NCBI GenBank assembly: GCA_000146045.2
Contig: BK006944.2
Location: 416,001 to 480,000, forward strand
Reading direction: 5' to 3'
Origin: TPA_inf: Saccharomyces
Lineage: Eukaryota
DNA: 64,000 nt
Of this stretch, positions 59,901 through 64,000 are shown piece after piece; position 1 is the first letter of the stretch, and the number at the start of each line of letters is the position of its first letter. Below the pieces are notes generated by a model. It worked only from the letters and a program-made list of their open reading frames with translations, was not told where the DNA came from and did no database searches. A program made the translations under genes and the position numbers.

Positions 59901-60215
59901 TTTGGTTGTTCTGTGATCCACTAGTCACAATTAGCCTGTGGATCGTCTCAGTGGTGGCATCCGAATAAACGATGCCTCTTTTTTAGTTGATCGAATTTGC
60001 CCCCTTCCTTGGAAAAAAGGAAAGAAAGCAAAAAGCCGGGAATAATAATAACAGAGAAGACTAATAGACATTTTTTTAGTAAGATTGGCCTTATCTCGAA
60101 CAAGATTTCTGAGATGACAATTCGATTAGCTTAACAGTAACAAGTGGGGGAATTACGCATTATATATATATACTTCTGTATATGTCTACCTACGAAGTGG
60201 TGCGAGTCACACTCG

Positions 60216-62063
60216 TCACGACGAGCTATTGTGGTCTACAAGAACTACACGGTTTTCCTTCTTGATATTCTTGATTTCTTCTTTCATCTGTTTTCTCTTT
60301 TGTTTGGCCATCGCCTTTAGCGTACTCACTGGCACAACCGTGGTGGAAGCATATCTATCTACGCTATCCCAAACGCATTGCTCGACAACATTGGGAAGTT
60401 TTCTGCCATACAGGCACTGATCGACCAGCCACATACCCACAATAAAAGATTTCCTATCTAAAGTACCATCTTTTCTTGTGTCTACCTTCGTGTAAATTTC
60501 TGCCAATAGACTATTGGGCAAGTTAGACCGCTTCCAGATATCACGGACTATGATACCCAATATCAATCCATCTTCGGGTAAAGTATTAATTGCTCCGGAA
60601 TCACCCGTTATAGAGGGCCACCAGCTCAACAGGTTCAAATGACGGTGTCTGTTGCTTACCCACATGCTTTCGTAACGCTTCCTTTCGTTGTCTGTTACGA
60701 AAGTTATATCTGTATGTGATTTCCAGGGTTTATCCTCATTGAATTTCCGATCTCTCGTGCGGTGGATAGGCCTATGATGTGCAGTTTTATTGGCAGAATT
60801 CCTGATCTTTCTCTTAATTCTATCTCTTTTGCGTGGCTTGGTCAAGGCGTCCTGGTTCTGATCAGATTCAGAATCAGAATCAGTATCGTCATACACATCA
60901 TACGTGTCGTTGGACGGATTGTACTTATACCTCAGATTTCCCTCATGTAGAGAGGATGCATGATCATTTTCTGCGTTTGTACTTACAGAGGTTTTACGTA
61001 ATGTTGTTTTAAATCTCATACTCGGTTGTTGTTCATGTTGTCCCAGTTCTTCGCTGCTTGCATCCATTTCATATTGTGAAGATAAGTGCTTGGGCTTACT
61101 ACCAAATACTTTCCTTTTGAACTTGTTAACAAGCTTCTTCTTCCTCATATCGGATGAATAGTTCGGAACCAAGTTGGGCAAACCACTTCCCTGGTTGCTC
61201 GTTGTAGTAGTAGTGTTTGAGCTTGCAATAGATGGCTCTGATTCACATAACGAGAGTTGATTAATTGTTTGAGATAGACTTGTTTGTGACCTATTAGAAA
61301 TAACGTCTGAAGTGTCCGGATTGAGACTATGTCTGGAATCGATGCTAATTGATGATAGGTTTTCATTTTCATGAAGCTGACCACTGCCGACAAGTGATGA
61401 TTGCAAGGGAGGAGACGGCCTGCGTTTGGGCAGAGCTTTGTTGCTGTCTTTATTAGTTGCAGGCTCCATAGAGCTCGAGGATAGCCTTCTACCGCTACTA
61501 AAGGAAGTAAGTAAATTCTCTTGAGATCTATTGTCGGGAGTTCTTTGGCCAGGCGTCAGTGATTCATTGGAGCCGTTTCTTGAGCTTGAGCGTGAATGAA
61601 TGCCCAGCAAGCCATTCAAGTTCGGAGTTTCTAGAACTTTTAGTGTATCCAATGCCGAAGAATGGGAGGAGTTATTGTCAGAACTAAGTTTCGATTGTGA
61701 ATGCGCTAAAGCAGCTGCCATTTGAGCAGTACTACTAACATTATCTTTACCTGCAGGGCTTGACCTGTGTTTCTTAGACAACTCAACATCATTAGGCGCC
61801 GTTGTTTTAATCTTAGGTACCTGTTTTGTTCGTATGCGTGCCTTCTTTTGTTCTTGTTTCCGCCCTGACTTTTGTAGCGATGGCTCTGATAACCTAGTTT
61901 GAGGATTCCTGCTCACCGTTACTGGAGGGCATGGACTGCTGACCTCATTGGAATGGTTCTGGAAGATAGCTTGCGCAGCGCGAAGGGAATCTGAAGCTCC
62001 TTGTTCAGTCAAAGTTACTGTTGTACCGCCATGATAACGCTGTTTACCAAACGAAAGTCTCAT
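60216..62063 (-). CDS. IRS4: EH-domain protein involved in PI(4,5)P2 regulation and autophagy, 615 aa
   Basis: 615-aa ORF with a true ATG, a Ser-rich N-terminal two-thirds and a C-terminal EH domain. Matches IRS4 (YKR019C). Confidence 0.88.
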   Translation of the reverse strand: MRLSFGKQRYHGGTTVTLTEQGASDSLRAAQAIFQNHSNEVSSPCPPVTVSRNPQTRLSEPSLQKSGRKQEQKKARIRTKQVPKIKTTAPNDVELSKKHRSSPAGKDNVSSTAQMAAALAHSQSKLSSDNNSSHSSALDTLKVLETPNLNGLLGIHSRSSSRNGSNESLTPGQRTPDNRSQENLLTSFSSGRRLSSSSMEPATNKDSNKALPKRRPSPPLQSSLVGSGQLHENENLSSISIDSRHSLNPDTSDVISNRSQTSLSQTINQLSLCESEPSIASSNTTTTTSNQGSGLPNLVPNYSSDMRKKKLVNKFKRKVFGSKPKHLSSQYEMDASSEELGQHEQQPSMRFKTTLRKTSVSTNAENDHASSLHEGNLRYKYNPSNDTYDVYDDTDSDSESDQNQDALTKPRKRDRIKRKIRNSANKTAHHRPIHRTRDRKFNEDKPWKSHTDITFVTDNERKRYESMWVSNRHRHLNLLSWWPSITGDSGAINTLPEDGLILGIIVRDIWKRSNLPNSLLAEIYTKVDTRKDGTLDRKSFIVGMWLVDQCLYGRKLPNVVEQCVWDSVDRYASTTVVPVSTLKAMAKQKRKQMKEEIKNIKKENRVVLVDHNSSS

Positions 62064-62337
62064 ACTCCTCTGCTAATCTTTTCCTATGTCAAAAAAATGA
62101 ATCTACCCAGGCCTTAAAAGTATGTTCTACCTGTGCAACGAGAGTGTTGTTGTGGCAAGGGTCCATTACACAATGGGCCTTTTTGTGATGATTCAACTTC
62201 GATATGCTTTATACGAGAAATCATCGAATTTTCGCTGCGTGGAAACAAGAGGCAGTAAGTTGTACGTATAGGTGAGGCTCTGCATAGAAGAGGCGTATTT
62301 GCGGTGAGACGGAATCTGACGAGGATATTAAGTACAG

Positions 62338-62832
62338 ATGGCAGAACAAATTAGTCACAAAAAGTCCCTGAGGGTGAGCAGTCTGAACAAAGATAGAAGA
62401 TTGCTCTTAAGAGAATTCTACAACTTGGAAAATGAACCGAATAAAGGTCGTCAAGAAGCACGTATAGGGGAAAAAGCCAGCGAGGCTCATTCTGGGGAGG
62501 AGCAAGTCACAGATGTGAATATAGATACCGAAGCAAACACTGAGAAACCAGTGAAAGATGACGAATTGAGTGCAACTGAAGAGGATCTCAAGGAGGGGTC
62601 AGAAGATGCAGAAGAAGAGATAAAGAACCTGCCCTTTAAGAGGCTAGTACAAATTCACAATAAGCTCTTGGGCAAAGAAACCGAGACTAACAATTCTATC
62701 AAGAATACCATTTACGAAAACTATTATGACCTAATAAAAGTCAACGACCTTCTCAAAGAAATTACAAACGCCAATGAAGACCAAATTAACAAGTTGAAGC
62801 AAACAGTAGAATCTTTAATCAAGGAACTGTAA
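62338..62832 (+). CDS. VPS51: GARP complex subunit, 164 aa
   Basis: 164-aa [34 protein letters not shown]... matches VPS51 (YKR020W). Confidence 0.88.
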
Positions 62833-63233
62833 TTTCCAGCGGCATATCGTGGCTTTCACCGAACACTTCCTTCGAGAGAGTGCATTTTACTATGTGAACC
62901 AATTTTTCCTCTTTTTCGGTTTGCAAGTTCACCTGAAAAACTGCTTAACACTACTAGCAATTGCCCTATTGTCGTACGAGGACTTTGCCAAATGTATTCC
63001 CGGCTGTTTGTAGTATATATACGCAGATATATAATAGCGCCGTCTTTTTACCTCTTTGAGCGAATTGCCAAATATTGACTCTTTTGTCTTATTTCGCTAT
63101 CCCCATCTTATCAAAAATGGGAACAACTCGTTGAAATAAGAGACAAGCAACAAGAAAGACAACCAACAGAAAGTTCCATTCCGCACAAATACGCTGGAAT
63201 CCCATAGAATATTGCTTGTTCCTCTATGACTAC

Positions 63234-64000
63234 ATGCTCCAATTCAATACAGAAAATGATACTGTAGCTCCAGTGTTTCCCATGGAGCAAGATATAAATG
63301 CAGCACCTGATGCCGTCCCACTGGTGCAGACAACAACACTACAAGTCTTTGTAAAGCTTGCCGAACCCATAGTGTTTTTAAAAGGATTTGAAACTAACGG
63401 ACTGTCTGAAATAGCCCCCAGTATCTTACGAGGATCTCTTATCGTCAGGGTGTTGAAACCGAATAAATTAAAAAGTATATCGATAACCTTCAAAGGAATA
63501 TCCAGAACAGAGTGGCCGGAAGGTATACCACCGAAGAGAGAAGAATTTTCAGATGTTGAAACTGTTGTCAATCACACATGGCCATTTTATCAGGCGGATG
63601 ACGGCATGAATTCTTTCACCTTAGAACATCACAGCTCAAATAATTCGTCCAATCGCCCATCTATGAGCGATGAAGATTATCTACTTGAAAAAAGCGGTGC
63701 TTCAGTATATATCCCACCAACCGCTGAACCCCCTAAAGATAATAGCAATCTAAGTCTGGATGCCTATGAGCGCAACTCATTGTCATCCGATAATTTGAGT
63801 AACAAGCCAGTATCAAGTGATGTTTCCCATGACGACAGTAAACTGTTGGCTATTCAAAAGACACCATTACCATCATCTAGTCGAAGAGGATCGGTACCGG
63901 CAAATTTTCACGGTAACTCTTTGTCACCTCATACCTTCATATCTGATTTGTTTACAAAAACATTCAGTAATAGTGGCGCTACTCCAAGTCCTGAGCAAGA
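63234..64000 (+). CDS. ALY1: 5' portion (about 255 codons) of an alpha-arrestin family endocytic adaptor. The ORF runs off the right edge of the window.
   Basis: ATG at about 63234 ([25 protein letters not shown]...), open to the end of the window. It is not in the ORF track because it is open-ended. Gene order fits YKR021W. Confidence 0.75.

Overview
This window reads as budding-yeast (Saccharomyces cerevisiae-type) nuclear DNA and looks like the pericentromeric region of chromosome XI, running from URB1 (YKL014C) to ALY1 (YKR021W). That placement rests on the proteins encoded in the ORF track and on their order; no database search was possible.

Main content, left to right:
- A 5'-truncated URB1, then ARC19, PRP40, CCE1, UFD4, MRT4, LAC1 and CAP1.
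- SFT1, RPL14A and DID4, each with a spliceosomal intron.
- BYE1, AUR1, MRP17, MET14, then a textbook point centromere (CDEI-CDEII-CDEIII, matching CEN11) at about 24128..24246.
- VPS1, PAP1, OSH6, ECM9 (intron), YKR005C, MRPL13, MEH1, RSC4 and FOX2, with tandem oleate-response elements upstream of FOX2.
- A degenerate Ty delta remnant and a 332-bp solo delta LTR with a 5-bp target-site duplication, just upstream of an intron-containing tRNA-Leu(CAA).
- TOF2, YKR011C, PRY2, YPT52, YKR015C, MIC60, HEL1, YKR018C, IRS4, VPS51 and a 3'-truncated ALY1.

Essentially every long ORF matches a known yeast protein in length and sequence. I found no prokaryotic-style systems, CRISPR arrays or large unexplained tracts, and I see no evidence for an undescribed system here.

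The items most worth a second look:
- A candidate 40-nt micro-intron and mini-exon at the 5' end of YKR005C.
- N-terminal ambiguity in MRPL13.
- A GC-rich, CGCG-rich island with a T22 tract upstream of PRY2.
- An in-frame minisatellite inside PRY2.
- Ty insertions piled up upstream of the tRNA gene.

Two caveats. Several ORFs in the supplied track begin at non-ATG codons (TTG or GTG shown as M), so the true starts of CCE1, AUR1, MET14, YKR018C and MRPL13 lie downstream. Coordinates I derived by hand (motifs, splice sites, LTR ends) may be off by 1-2 nt.
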